A stretch of 46,081 nucleotides of DNA, filler included, from Catajapyx aquilonaris (lineage: Eukaryota): NCBI GenBank assembly GCA_000934665.2. It is 2 parts of 2 records of this genome, joined end to end, with 100 filler letters (N's around TTAATTAATTAA, not from the genome) between each part and the next. Parts side by side here need not be neighbours in the genome. Positions count along the whole stretch, not along the records: positions 1 to 23,049 come from KZ539417.1; 1 more part is not named here. The stretch is one strand, 5' to 3'. The translations under genes and the position numbers were made by a program. Positions 11,728-23,049 of the stretch are shown here, in pieces. The notes beneath the pieces were generated by a model. The model did not search any database, was not told the origin of the DNA, and saw nothing but the letters and a program-made list of their open reading frames with translations. Position 1 is the stretch's first letter; each line of letters begins with the position of its first letter.

Positions 11728-12658
11728 CAGGGTGATCCAACTTTATTGCCCCAACAGTTATTGGAAAAATCGCGTAAGCTGCTACTTGCTAAGAGTTACT
11801 TTCTCGAGTGTTTGGAATAGCACCTGCTGATATTAGGTCCAATGCCCATGTACCAATTAATGAGGGGAAAAAAGGGTCACCCATGGGAAACGGGTCGTCT
11901 GCCTGGTTGTGACTGGCCAAATGGGTCAATCCAGCCCCCGGACCCTCATACTACCTTCTGATGTAATCACCTGCCGATGCGTTTTGCAGAAGGTGCTCAC
12001 TTGAGAGCGCCATGAGACATTTCACTCTCCGGATAACTGGCGACCCTACCGGACTAGGCTGAACTTTATAGGTACAAAAAGGAATCGCTACATGCGGGCA
12101 CAAAATGGCCGCCGGCGACCATGTTGAGTCCACCAATGTACCGCTTCCCTTGTGTTAGTTTCGTACCTATAAAGTTCAGCCTAGTCCGGTAGGGTCGCCA
12201 GTTATCCGGAGAGTGAAATGTCTCATGGCGCTTTCAAGTGAGCACCTTCTGCAAAATGCGTCGGCAGGGGGTAGGTGGGAGTGTCCAGACCTTATCTTCT
12301 ATGACCGTGGGTCAATCGCTAGGGGTCGGATGCGAACTGTTGCGACCCTGAAATGGAAAGGTGTCATCATCTCTTATTTCCTCATTTTCAGACTGATTCA
12401 TGTGTTGGCCTTCAAAAGGGCCCATTTTGGTGTTCGCTGGAGGGATTCAGATGAGGTCACTAGCTCCCAATCAGAGGGCTAATCAGTCGAACCGGACAGA
12501 CCCGGTTGTGTCCATAAATAGGTCATTAATTGGTACATGGCCATTGGACCTAATATCAGCAGGTGCTATTCCAGATACTCGAGAAAGTAACTCTTAGCAA
12601 GTAGCAGCTTACGCGATTTTTCCAATAACTGTTGGGGCAATTAAGTTGGATCACCCTG
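11728..12658. mobile_element. Tc1/mariner-type MITE with ~135-bp TIRs, carrying a nested element
   Basis: TA|CAGGGTGATCCAACTT...AAGTTGGATCACCCTG|TA with long, near-identical inverted arms. Confidence 0.9.
11932..12309. mobile_element. P-element-like hairpin element with asymmetric ends, nested in the mariner MITE
   Basis: CAGCCCCCGGAC...TTCTATGACCGTG with 8-bp TSD GGTCAATC (11924-11931 and 12310-12317) and ~105-bp internal inverted arms. Homologous to 31887-32247 and 39122-39374. Confidence 0.75.
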
Positions 12659-13229
12659 TATTGTACTTGGAACATCTTACGTATAGTACCAGACACGGAA
12701 TTTGCGTATTAAGTGTGCACCAAATGAAATTAAATCTAAGGTACTACTACTACTACTACTACTATTACAAGTGCACCTTTTGCCGCACCTTTTACCCAAG
12801 CCCAGTTACATTGTTGCCATCACCGATTGTTTCTCAAAAACCCAAAATGCGCCACGTCATATGGAATTTTGCATACTATGTTTTTACTTCGTGTCATATT
12901 TCCATACTCCTGAGATTTGTTTAGTTTTCGCTTTTTCTACTTCGGCTAGAACATGTGGTTGCAAATTTGCCAAAAAATATAATTATTTTTTGGACAGCTT
13001 AATCCCTACCTGAGGTAAGATTAGGACCCAGCCTATTTGTGGTATAAGTGCTATAAACTTACTGTTTTCCATTGATCTCCTAAAGATGTGTTGCCACTAT
13101 TTCAATTGCAGCACCCATGTTTTTCGTACTTACTTACAATCAGTTTTGGAGTCTATGTTATGTGGTAACTTTAACATCTGATTCTCATAAACAAATTTTT
13201 TTCTAGATCTAGCACTGGGGCGGGAAAAA

Positions 13230-13352
13230 ATGGCAAAACCGTCACCGTACTTTCTTAGACCAAGGAAGGGGCAGGAAAAGAAAGGACAGCAGGGAGGAGG
13301 ACGCAAAGGAGGAGGACGCAAAGGAGGAGGGATCATAAAGAAGAAAAATGAG
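13230..13352 (+). CDS. F-box/LRR-repeat protein, first coding exon (41 aa)
   Basis: Acceptor tttttttctAG at 13206 and AAAAATGG start context. Encodes MAKPSPYFLRPRKGQEKKGQQGGGRKGGGRKGGGIIKKKNE. The phase-0 donor GAG|GTGAGC matches the phase-0 acceptor at 18423. Confidence 0.7.
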
Positions 13353-13713
13353 GTGAGCAGAGTGCATCATTATATACCGTGGTCGGTAAATGGCTCACAA
13401 GCTTCCTATAGCGAGACTCCTTGGGAAAACAAGTATAGGGAAGAGAAGGTCCGAGTGGCCTACGATGCATGGTTAGTGCTCATATGGCATACGAAAGTTA
13501 GAGCCAAATTATGATGTCATGTCCGCCCACACCATTCAAACGCTACCATTTGGTTACTGTATGCAGGTCATATGCAGTGACACTGATTACCAGTGTACGT
13601 GAATGTACATAATTATAATAGCATAAGACAATCGGAATGAATGATGAGGTGCAATTTGGCTATGGCGCCGTTGTACAGTATGGGAGACCGGGGTCCGCTT
13701 TGGCACTCATGTG

Positions 13714-14030
13714 TGTGACAGAAGCAGTCCCCATCACACATCTCATCCCATCACTTTCACTATGCCGCTCAAGGTCACTTTCCCTTTTTTTCCATTATGC
13801 CCCACTCCACCCATCATGCATTGGGTTTTGGATGGCATAAAACGGGGGGACCTCCGGATACTCATGGCCAGTCGTTGGGTAGTTCACTGTGCCAAATCCC
13901 TCCTGCCTGTCCTCACCTTTGTTATCCGGTACTTCCCTTTTATTTCCGTATATCTCTGTACACTCGTACGAAATAAAGATCTGTATTGAGCGATGAACCC
14001 ACTATTGTTTTTGTAACAAATACGGTTACA
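13714..14030 (+). mobile_element. Solo LTR related to the Gypsy LTR at 26841-27184
   Basis: TGTGACA...GGTTACA termini, 4-bp TSD TGTG (13710-13713 and 14031-14034), AATAAA, and collinear similarity to 26841-27184. Confidence 0.85.
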
Positions 14031-14388
14031 TGTGTATTCACCCTCCTGCAAAGTGACAGGTGGTGGTCCTGACGGACAAACCTGAAGCTCCCTTTAAAAG
14101 CACTCCTATTGATGTGAATGGGTGCAAATGTGCTCAGGCCCCAGCAGTGCAAAGGACCAACACAAACCACTGTGCTGACAAGCATACCATATTTATACGG
14201 TACATATTTCTTGTAAAATATGTTCTTACTGACTTGATCGTTTGTTAAAGATAAAGTGGACGAACTCAGTTATAATGGCCCCCTGACTGGCGCTCTTACA
14301 CTTATCGACCAAAACCAGAATACAATCTTGTCCTCTGACATGAAAGGCGCCCTTTCATCATGTTTCATCCTCTTGAGGGTACAGTTAA

Positions 14389-15472
14389 AGGGACACGCCA
14401 CTCAAAATACAAGTTGGGCTCTAAAAATCGGGCAAAAAATCCTGACTCCGAGGGTATAAGCAGTTTTTCTGAGAGACGAACGGTAAGGCCAGGGCGAAAG
14501 CTGGAAGTGTGTCGTTCGAAAACCGTGCTCAAACGGGCTCGGCGCAGGTGGCAACGCCACCCTCTGAGGGTGGATGAGGGCAGAACTAGAGAGCGGTAGG
14601 CACGGATTTGAAACTAACCATACTCTACCTTTCCACCGACCCAGAAGATTAGTGGTGATGTCATCTTCGCACGGAAGTGTGACTTTGGCCCATGTGAGTG
14701 GTTGAGGAGTGCAAAGTGAACATCAACATCTGTTTATAGTCCGCATATCCAAATAACAATGAGCCTGCCTGACAGGCGACAGAACATGACGCATCTGTCC
14801 TCGTCATAATCATCGTTCGAAGTACGGCATGTACGGGTGCCACCCAACGAACTCATCATCACCGACATCAGTTCATCATCCGCACCAGCAGTGGACCAGC
14901 ACCAGCAGTGGCTCCAACTGATAGGGTAGGAGGCCATGCACAGTGGATTGGGGGCCGCCTGGTCCCTCCTGGCCATGTCCATCCTGGGCACCCTCCATCG
15001 CAGCAGCAGAGCCAAGAGCCGCACTCTTTTCCATGACACTCCGTGCCGGAACAGAACCACTGGGCTGCGCCATCTTAGAATATCCGCGACGCGTTTCAGA
15101 ATAGCAGCTAATATGTGTTAGGGCCCAGAAGATGGCTCTATTTCAATGACTAATTCCCATATGAAGCACTATTGGTGTCTGCCAGGCTACAACATTAGTC
15201 ATTTTGTTGTTAGACAATTAGGTGTAGCATGCACTGGCCTAGGCGAGAGACTTGTAATAGCTACCTTGGTGTGGTTCGCCGTCTGGCCGCCACGAGGGGA
15301 TTTCTTGCCTGCCAGGCGTCTCCACTAGCTGGCGGGTGACTATTATTTTACGAATCTGACCTCTCGCCCTGGCCTTACCGTTCGTCTCTCAGAAAAATGG
15401 CTTATACCCTTGGAATCAGGATTTGTTGCCCGATTTTTAGAACACAACTTGTATTTTGAGTGGAGTGTCCCT
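14389..15472. mobile_element. Kolobok-like non-autonomous DNA transposon
   Basis: TTAA|AGGGACAC...GTGTCCCT|TTAA with ~110-bp imperfect TIRs. Internal decayed coding-like segment on the minus strand (GLLPYQLEP, ~14909-14935). Confidence 0.8.
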
Positions 15473-15780
15473 TTAAGATTTCTTACAGAGCAGCACGATG
15501 ACGCTTACACTAAACACGCAGCAGTTTTCACCCCTTCCTGCTCACATTTCCTCTCCCTGCCAACCTAGGAATAAGTGACTTATGTCGGGCTACGTCCCAT
15601 GACTCGCTAGGACAGATGGTCATTGATTCGTGCATGAGACAGCATGTAAGGCTCACCCGTTGAGAATAGTTTCATCAGGTGCAATAATTTCTGCATCATG
15701 TCATTTTCAACAATGGAGAACATGTTATGTCCGAGTATAAATGGATATTCACGGTACTTCGCGATATATTACAGATTGTA

Positions 15781-15982
15781 CCACCCCAAGGGATGAAAAA
15801 CGCACCTAAAGTGACCTGCTCAAAATGACCCGGTGACCCATTTTTCGGGGCAGAGGTCAACTCGTAAATGCTGAAAACTCGCGGATTTTCTTGAAATATG
15901 GTGCATTGGTAGGCCCCAAAAAGGGGTCACCAGGTCATTTTGAGCAGGTCACTTGAGGTGAGTTTTTCATCCCTTGGGGTGG
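15781..15982. repeat. Inverted repeat with ~70-bp arms, MITE-internal type
   Basis: ccaccccaagggatgaaaaac...gtgacctgctcaaaatgacc pairs with ggtcattttgagcaggtcac...gtttttcatcccttggggtgg. Confidence 0.7.
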
Positions 15983-16714
15983 GCGACCAATGTACCGAAT
16001 TTCAAGAAAATCGGTGAGACCTTGGAATGTGTCCCTTGTGAGTTCGAGAGGTCGTAACTTTTGACCTTGTATGGTGCTCCATAAATTGTTTGCATTTTCT
16101 TTAATAACTTACCTGCCTATAATATTGTGCCAAGTTTGATTGAGAAACTCCATTTACAACACTTACACTTCCCTTGTGAGTAATTTTTGTAAATACTGTA
16201 TTTTTTTGTTTTTTTTGTATGTCCGGAAGTCTAATTTCAAAAGTTCCGGAATGACCATACCATACGAACTCAAGTGAGGTGGCCAATTAGCATAATTGGC
16301 GGACGTGTTGAATTTACGGCGCTGGGACGTGTAAAAAAAGTGGAGCGCAAGATATAGATGCAATGCTGGGTGGCAGGAAATCGATTTAATTTGCTAGGCA
16401 TTGTTGCATAAGGGCATTTCCATGGGATTGCTAACTTGGAAAAATAGTAATAGTTGATATATTGTTAATGATGTCGATATGTATGTCAATTGTAGTGAGA
16501 AGATTTGGGAATATGCGTGTTGTGGGAGTTAGGTTCATTTTCGGAAGCTGAAACATACGGAATTAAATTCCTCGAAAAAAGTAACCTCCCGATGAGCTAG
16601 TTTAAGGCAGTGTAGGGGCATTCCCCTGGATTTCTATAGCGAATCCACAAACAAACAACTCCACAAACAAACTCAAATATAGATTAGGATTGTAGAACGG
16701 ATAATGCAAATTGG

Positions 16715-17187
16715 GACAAGTGAGGGAATGATTTTTCACTGATGTGGTAATTTTTCTCTATGAAGCACACGCTAACTTCGCTTATTTGACATGAGCCCCA
16801 CATTGTGCCCCGTAGGGCCAGTACAAAGAAAATATGAAACAGGGAGAACTGCATCTTGTAGTTGACATATGGCGAAAGGACATCACTTTGGCCTGTTTCG
16901 TGGGAATGACCCTGCTAACAAAATATTGCCTGGAAAAAAAAAGTGAGAGACAAGTGAGAGACAAGTGAGGGAATGATTTTTCACTGATGTGGTAATTTTT
17001 CTCTATGAAGCACACGCTAACTTCGCTTATTTGACATGAGCCCCACATTGTGCCCCGTAGGGCCAGTACAAAGAAAATATGAAACAGGGAGAACTGCATC
17101 TTGTAGTTGACATATGGCGAAAGGACATCACTTTGGCCTGTTTCGTGGGAATGACCCTGCTAACAAAATATTGCCTGGAAAAAAAAA
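16715..17187 (+). repeat. Direct tandem duplication, period 245 bp
   Basis: 16715-16942 and 16960-17187 appear identical by eye. Confidence 0.9.
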
Positions 17188-17269
17188 AACATTATTGGCA
17201 AAAAGTCCAAAACCATTGCCAAAACATAGTACGAGGGTTGATTAATAAGTCATGGCGCGTATTTTTTTT

Positions 17270-18215
17270 ATTCAAAAACGGTAACGCATACAGAGATGAC
17301 CTTCGCTGAGTCTTGAATATCCGGTGATTACAATTTTATCTGGCATATAGATTCCGCCCATATCGCAAGAGGGCCGGAAAACAAAAGGGGATCGTGACCC
17401 CCCCCCCCCCCCCNCCCCCCCCCTCACCGCACCATCCCCCCTAAGACGGCCTGAGCCTGCCGCGCGTGGAGCTGTTGGACGCTGCATGCGGGACACTCGG
17501 AGATGGACAACACAGGAGCTTGCTTTCAAGTGTGAGACAAGTCAGAGCACTATCACCGGAGCCATGTGTCATCCATCGACACAAACCGTTTGAAAAAACC
17601 ATTGCCCTCAATGCGATATAGTTCCAAGCGAGGGCAAAATGACGGCACTTTTACACTTCAAAGAGATTGTGAGGAACCAGCGGGGATGCCAACTTCCTGA
17701 GACCCTTCAGTCTTTCCGAGTCCTAAGCATAGTGCTCTGACTTGTCCCCATAGCCGTAAGTAGGCAGGGGCAACAGGGGCACCCGCCCAGGGCGCAGACC
17801 TTTGGGGGACGCACTTAAAGCGCAGTATGTTTGTTTCCTGCTGTATTAATAAAGTTTACATGTTTTATGCTGTACTTTTCTTGTCATATTTGAAAAAAGT
17901 TCAGATGTGGGGAAGGAGAAGGAGGGGATTGAGGGCGTATGAAAAGCTAGTTACGGTTCTGCTTGTCCCACACTCGAAATCAAGCTCATGTGTTGTCCAT
18001 CGCTGAGTGTCTAGCATGCAGTGTCCAACAGCTCCAAGCGCTACAGGCTCGGGCTGTCTTGGGGCGATGGTGTGGTGGTGGGGTCACATCCCCCCCCCCC
18101 CCCCCCCCCCCCCCCNAGCAATATAGGCGGCATCTATAAGCCAGATAAAATTGTAATCGCCGGATCTGCAAAACTCAGCAAAGGCTATCTCTGTATATGT
18201 TACGGTTTTTGTATT
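17270..18215. repeat. Old fold-back element: diverged inverted arms at ~17270-17550 and ~17955-18215
   Basis: For example, ttacaattttatctggcatatagat pairs with atctataagccagataaaattgtaa, and gagctgttggac pairs with gtccaacagctc. Confidence 0.65.
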
Positions 18216-18423
18216 TAAAACTGCACCCAAGCAAAAACCCTGTATGTGTGGTTTTTATCATTTCGCGATAAGCGCATTTGAAGTTTTCACTTTCCATTGA
18301 AAAGGATATACATATATGGTTTTACTGTACCCCTAACTTTGCATTCATTTTGAAAAACTCTTGCATATTATTATCTGCTTGGAGCAAGGACATACTGACT
18401 TAAAGATCTACTTTTATTTGCAG

Positions 18424-19512
18424 GTCAAGCCTTGCCTTGAAGGACTTCCTCCAGAACTCCGACTACAAATATTGTCATGGCTGAGCCCAGCGGACTTGAC
18501 AAGGAGAGTGGCCCTTGTTTCGAGGACATTGTCAGTACTCTCTTCCGATGCCAGCCTGTGGAAGGAGTTGTCTATTGATGGTGACCGTGCCACACTGGAA
18601 AAAGCAATCTCACTGGTGACTAAGGCCAAGCAGTTGAGGAAGCTACAGCTTTCAGGGTGGACTCGCGTCGATGACATTCTTAATGCTGCGGCAAAAAACT
18701 GTGCCTCACTGCAAGTGCTAATTTTGGAACGAGTTACCTTCGTACGCAAGAATACCTTGCCCTTCATATTTGAAAAATGTGAGTCGATTAAGGAACTCAC
18801 CATCAAGTTGTGTAAATTTCCAGCTCGTGCAAAGCATTTTGTTGATGTCATTTCTGCTTGTACTCATCTGGAAAAGTTGATGTATTCATGCAACATGCTT
18901 TGGTCACCACCTGACATGACGATGACAAGGAGTTATCCGAAGCTACAAGAACTGTATGTTGGTTCTATGCATTGTGAGACCACTTCTGGTGTCCAGTTCC
19001 TAATTGAAAGTGCAGGTAATCTTAAAAAGCTGACCACATGCGAGCTTGATTCAGCCCAATCCTTCATGCAATTATCTCACTGCTCCTTGCTTGAGGACCT
19101 GGAACTGTCTGATGCACACAAGCTGAGGGATCCCGCTCTTTTAGAGGTAATTGGCAGAATGACTCACCTCCGCCACCTCACGATCACTCATGCCCACTCC
19201 CTATCTGGACAAGCATTGAGGACCCTGTTTTCAAGGCCCAGTATTGTTGGTAACTTGGAAAGCCTTAATTTGACTGGGATCTCTAATGTGGATGACTCGA
19301 CTATGCATGCCATAGCTGAAAACTGCCCTAACTTATCTGATCTGACAATCAACTGCTGCCACAAGATTACCATTTCTGCACTACTTGCTCTTATTCCTAA
19401 ATGTCCAAAGCTGGAATTTCTCAGCATCAAGCGATACCCTACCCTGCAAGTGACCTACGAAGAAGTGTGCCAGCTTCAGGAGTTGCGAGACACCCTTCAA
19501 GTAATATATTGA
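18424..19512 (+). CDS. F-box/LRR-repeat (FBXL-type) protein, main coding exon; joined CDS 403 aa
   Basis: Acceptor cttttatttgcAG at 18423. F-box LEGLPPELRLQILSWLSPADL...V.LVSR....L..D.SLWKEL, followed by cysteine-containing LRRs (LESLNLTGISNVDD, NCPNLSDLTINCCHKIT, KCPKLEFLSI). Stop TGA at 19510-19512. Orthologue not identifiable by eye. Confidence 0.92.
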   Translation, partial: VKPCLEGLPPELRLQILSWLSPADLTRRVALVSRTLSVLSSDASLWKELSIDGDRATLEKAISLVTKAKQLRKLQLSGWTRVDDILNAAAKNCASLQVLILERVTFVRKNTLPFIFEKCESIKELTIKLCKFPARAKHFVDVISACTHLEKLMYSCNMLWSPPDMTMTRSYPKLQELYVGSMHCETTSGVQFLIESAGNLKKLTTCELDSAQSFMQLSHCSLLEDLELSDAHKLRDPALLEVIGRMTHLRHLTITHAHSLSGQALRTLFSRPSIVGNLESLNLTGISNVDDSTMHAIAENCPNLSDLTINCCHKITISALLALIPKCPKLEFLSIKRYPTLQVTYEEVCQLQELRDTLQVIY

Positions 19513-19805
19513 GGCACGTTTGGAAAGGTGAGCTTATTGAATTGCCCAGTATAACAAAGGTTCATGTCCATCTGTTTCAATTTATTTTATTGGGCGATTC
19601 ATTTACATCAGATTTTTTTTTTATGTCAAATTATTCAAAGGGGATGGTAGTGAAAGTCGTACAAAGCTTCATGTTTTTAGTACAGATGTAAATGTAAGGA
19701 AGGACGATTATATCTGGAGACTGTTTTGGGCTTATGAGACATTGGTCAGGCATACTTCATACAGATGCTAATGTAAGGAAGACACCAATATATCTGGATG
19801 AATAG

Positions 19806-20960
19806 AATATTTTGACATAAGGGTCCAGTGTCTATACTGCCAAAGCTGAAGCACTTAAAAGAGTCATGTAAAATACCAAACCAATGGATGTACCAATGTG
19901 ACATTATATTTAATTGGATTGGATTGTGATTGAATCTGATGTTTTTGTTGCAAGATGTGATTTTTTGTTCCAGTTATTGTGGTATCAGTATTAGTTTTTT
20001 CATTTAGTTTTGAGTGAATGGCAACTTTCATGTATGAATTAATATTCATATATTTGGATAAATTATATACAGGGTGATCAAACTTTTTTGTCTTTTTAGT
20101 TATTGACAAATTCGGTCTAAGCTGCTTATATTGTAGCCCGTTCCCTGGCAACCCCGTCCAGCGGGCCAATTCAAACATCGGCACATGGAGAGCGCTTCCA
20201 TTGTTGCCACTGTTTACAAATCGAGTGAGTGACGCTGACGACCCAGCGACGGGTCTCTTCTGCCTGCGCACTCACTCGCTCGATTTGTAAACAGTGGCAA
20301 CAATGGAAGCGCTCTCCATGGCCTGATGTTTGAACTGGCCCGCCGGACGGGGTTGCCAGGTAACGGGCTACAATATAAGCAGCTTAGGCCAAATTTGTCA
20401 ATAACTAAAACGACAAAAAAGTTTGATCACCCTGTATGTTTGGCGTAAGGGTCCAGTGTTGATACTGCCACGGTCCAAAGCTGAAGCACTTTGGCATAAA
20501 ATACCAAAGCAATAGATTTGGTCATATCTGGTTGGCTTGGTGTGTGATTGAATCTGTTTTTTTGTTGAAAGATGTGATTTTTTTGTTCCAGTTATTGTGT
20601 CATCAATGAGTTTTTGCATTTAATTTTGAGTGTATGGCAACTTTCATGTATGAATTAATATTCTTATATTTGGATAAATTGAATATGTTTGGCATACCAA
20701 GGTCCAGTGTTGATACTGCCACTGCGCAAAGCTGAAGCACTTAGAGAAGGGCATAAAATACCAAACCGAAAGATTTTGTTATATCTGATTGGCTTGGTGT
20801 GTGATTGAATCAGTTCTTTGTTGAAAGATGGGATATTTTTCCAGTGATTATCAGTATGATTTTTTTTGCCATTGATTTTGATTATACGGTAACTTTCATG
20901 TACGGATTAATATTCTTATATTTGGATAAATTGAATATGTTTAATGTAAGGGTACATTGT
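19806..20960 (+). repeat. Three diverged ~250-bp tandem units downstream of the FBXL stop
   Basis: Unit ...aagggtccagtgt...aaagctgaagcactt...ggcaactttcatgtatgaattaatatt...ttggataaatt at ~19806-20067, 20435-20683 and 20684-20935. AATAAA at 20975-20980. Confidence 0.85.
20070..20434. mobile_element. 365-bp fully palindromic Tc1/mariner-type MITE
   Basis: TA|CAGGGTGATCAAACTTTTTTGTC...GACAAAAAAGTTTGATCACCCTG|TA, with arms of ~165 bp. Confidence 0.92.
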
Positions 20961-21149
20961 CCAAAGAGCTGTGCAATAAAGGCTGTACACACCTGATTGT
21001 TTGCTCCCATTAGTTCCTGAGTTTTTATGTATGGTCTTATGGACCTCCTTATTTAGTTTCACTGGTCAATTTCAATTTGTTGTGGTGGCAGAGAGGGGTG
21101 TCCTATTTTGTGCTCACTTGCTTCAATCACCTTGTAAGGACTTCAGGAT

Positions 21150-21366
21150 GTAGGGTAGGGATAGGGATTGTTGGGGAGGGGACACTTGTGCAGGTGCAAT
21201 GTCTTAAACATTTGGGCCATGTGCAGTCACCCAGGAGGTTAGGTTGCCAGACACCTCCAAGCAGATGCAGGTCAAAGTGCCTGACGCAGGTGAAAGGCGG
21301 GGATCGAACCTGGGACCTTTCACTCAGCAAGCCGAGACGTTACCATATCGGCCACCACACCTCCCC
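21150..21366 (-). mobile_element. SINE family C, 5' part
   Basis: Reverse complement matches the head at 32910 (ggtaacgtctcggcttgctgagtgaaagg.cccaggttcgatccccgcc). Confidence 0.8.
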
Positions 21367-21710
21367 TTTCGTTCTATATATTCATATAGGTGATTATCAA
21401 AATATAGTGCAGTGCTGGACACATTAGCCATCTCTGAATGGTTTTTTCCGGCGGCGCACAGTGGGCCAGGAAGCCCATTTAGGCGGACAGAGTTCGTAAC
21501 GTTGATTTTATTGGACATTTTTAATTTAGATGTGCACGTTGACATAAAAGATGGTTGCAATAAGCATATTGATACACTTCATGTAGCCTAAATACAACAA
21601 AATTAAATCATTCCTGCATTTAGTGGTCAGGTCTTCCAACCTTTATACATGCTAGGATAACATCGTACAACAAATTACTTGCTTTGCAATGCCATGAACG
21701 GAAAACAAAT

Positions 21711-22021
21711 GAAGCCCTTTTGGCAAAAAGGGCACATGTCACTCTTTTGGAATATTCGAGTTTTCATCACTAGATTGCAGGGGGATTGTTTTTGAGGTCC
21801 TGAGAATGGTCCTGAGGAAAGTGTACATCAAAAAGGACGTTTGTCACATCTGAAAATGGGGTTTGAAGATTAGGGTGTTTTGTAACAAGGGCACATGTCA
21901 GTGCATCGGGTTGCATATTATCGGCATAATGGGCACTTGTCATTGACCAAGTTGTGCGTTTTTCTCAATTTTCTCCATTCCATTTCCTCCTGACATGTGC
22001 CATATTTGCCAAAATGGCTTC
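21711..22021. mobile_element. 311-bp MITE with 4-bp AAAT TSD (Sola-like)
   Basis: 31-bp TIR GAAGCC(C/A)TTTTGGCAAA.A.GGCACATGTCA. AAAT at 21707-21710 and 22022-22025. Confidence 0.7.
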
Positions 22022-22210
22022 AAATACTGTACTTTAATGTTATAAATATCCAAAATGAACTTATTTGTCGTCACAGGACTCATACAATTTCACTGGACTC
22101 TACATAAACCTGAGGCTCTTGTTGAAGACGAAGAGTTTCCTGAGAGAAACAGCCCTTTTCTTGGTTGGCAACTTCTGAGGTAGCAGTCTGTGAACTTGAT
22201 TGTGACAAGA

Positions 22211-22729
22211 GGGTCATTCCCCACGTGCCACAGGGATCATGATCCTTACCCCCGAAAATCGTGATTGGGGTGTTCCCACATGCCCTTCCTCCACCCGAAC
22301 GCGTTTACGAAGGTGACTGTGGCAGCCAGCTTGTAGAAGTTGACTGCCACCTTATGAGTCGCGATCCTGACGTCACTCCCCCCTCCGGACCGGGCAACAT
22401 GGCGGCTCCCTGCTTGGCCCCGTCTGCCCACGTGTCTGCCCCCTCGCTCTGCGGGCAGCCAGGACCTGTGTAATAACGTAGATAGCATGCCTCCATGCTA
22501 TTACAGCCAGGCCTATCGTAGAGTCACCCGTGCCTTTGTCCGGGAGCCGAAGCGAGAGTCATTTTTTCGCCAGGCGGGTGGGCGTGGTTACAGACCACTC
22601 CACCGAAAATCACGAAAAGTACGTGGCCCGTGGAAACAGTCACCAAACGATCCTGATCACATCCTGATTTTGCCAGTCAGAAACGTGGTTCAAGATAGGT
22701 CGAGATTTTGTGGCACGTGGGAATGACCC
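22211..22729. mobile_element. TIR element (GGGTCATTCCCACGTGCCACA), possibly Harbinger-like
   Basis: ~21-bp terminal inverted repeat. TSD not recognisable. Confidence 0.6.
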
Positions 22730-22744
22730 TAGTGATGCAGGTCC

Positions 22745-22912
22745 ACCGAAGCAGGTTGGCATAGTCCGACTGCTAATCGGGAGGTCCTGGGTTCGAATCC
22801 CGGGGCCGGCAACCTTGACCGTGGTTTTCTGTGGTTTTCCACGGTCTTTCTAGGATAATTCCGGGGTCGCTTCCGTATAATAGGCCACAGCCTCTTCCTT
22901 CCTTCCCTATCC
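22745..22912 (+). mobile_element. SINE family A, 5' part
   Basis: gtccgactgctaatcgggaggtcctgggttcgaatccc...ggttttctgtggttttcc...aggccacagc, as in 3425-3895. Confidence 0.8.
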
Positions 22913-22955
22913 TTGGAGGTTGAAAGGCAATGCTGGCCAACCTACTTAAATCTAA

Positions 22956-23049
22956 TCTAATATATATAAAGCCCCAATCCGAGGAGGATATAGGATGGAA
23001 AAGATCTCCCACTTCCCGAGGTCGGAGAGACGTCGGACTTACGCCGTTG
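22956..23049 (+). mobile_element. Probable Helitron 5' end running into the gap
   Basis: A|TCTAATATATATAAAG start, typical of animal Helitrons and similar to the start at 4107. Confidence 0.4.

Noticed and set aside
18361..18423. N-terminal 21 aa of the 383-aa ORF
   Set aside because: TTG start within an intronic pyrimidine tract that ends in a good acceptor.
22745..22810. tRNA-Ser(GCT)-like gene (and other A/B-box heads)
   Set aside because: The acceptor stem is not intact, and the sequence continues into a SINE body. Sister copies have tails and TSDs.
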